Below are positions 63,886 through 64,000 of a stretch of 64,000 bases of DNA, one piece after another; positions within the stretch are counted from its first letter, which is position 1; each line of letters starts with the position of its first letter. Source of the stretch: a virus (taxonomy: Duplodnaviria > Caudoviricetes); IMG/VR virus record IMGVR_UViG_3300013121_000005, positions 288,001-352,000 of that record; one strand, given 5' to 3'. Both the position numbers and the translations under genes were made by a program. The notes beneath the pieces were generated by a model that saw only the letters and a program-made list of their open reading frames with translations, did not search any database and was not told the origin of the DNA.

Positions 63886-64000
63886 TTTCTCCTCTTTTAC
63901 AAGCCCTAAACGAACATAGACCTGACCTCTCAACCAGAAAAAATCACACGAGGGGGGTTAAAGGATTGGACCCCCCTTCGTTGAAAGACCATGCGAATCA

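Noticed and set aside
1-64000. Genome-wide stop-codon reassignment
   Set aside because: Long conserved genes are intact in code 11 and end with TAA, TAG or TGA; only isolated in-frame stops were seen.

Overview
The window reads as part of a large (jumbo-type) dsDNA bacteriophage genome: about 130 tightly packed, mostly small hypothetical ORFs, with no rRNA, intact tRNA, CRISPR array or structural module recognised. Recognisable genes are an intein-containing AAA+ ATPase (missing from the ORF track and running off the left edge), dNMP kinase, thyA, a nucleoside deoxyribosyltransferase-like protein, a GT51 peptidoglycan glycosyltransferase, an RNB exoribonuclease fused to two dsRBDs, a vWA protein, an HD hydrolase, a Dam-type MTase, a DHH phosphoesterase, two HNH proteins, HExxH proteins, a ubiquitin-like protein and a GHKL ATPase. 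The most interesting signals lie outside gene annotation. (1) A leader at 59488 has an in-frame UAG followed by an RGPP arrest-type motif whose codons form the anti-SD of the next gene; it heads an operon with a Pth2-like remnant. (2) A short motif [ST]-R-[FY]-[DE]-[RKL]-[LIV] sits at or near the C-terminus of about 12 unrelated proteins. (3) A promoter-driven non-coding region of about 640 nt holds three covarying copies of an unrecognised RNA motif, and several other ncRNA-like units occur. (4) There are three recurring promoter-like motif classes: one placed for leaderless mRNAs, and one tied to proteins with YDYDR or RVxxRY tags. All family calls are motif recognition by eye; no database search was run.
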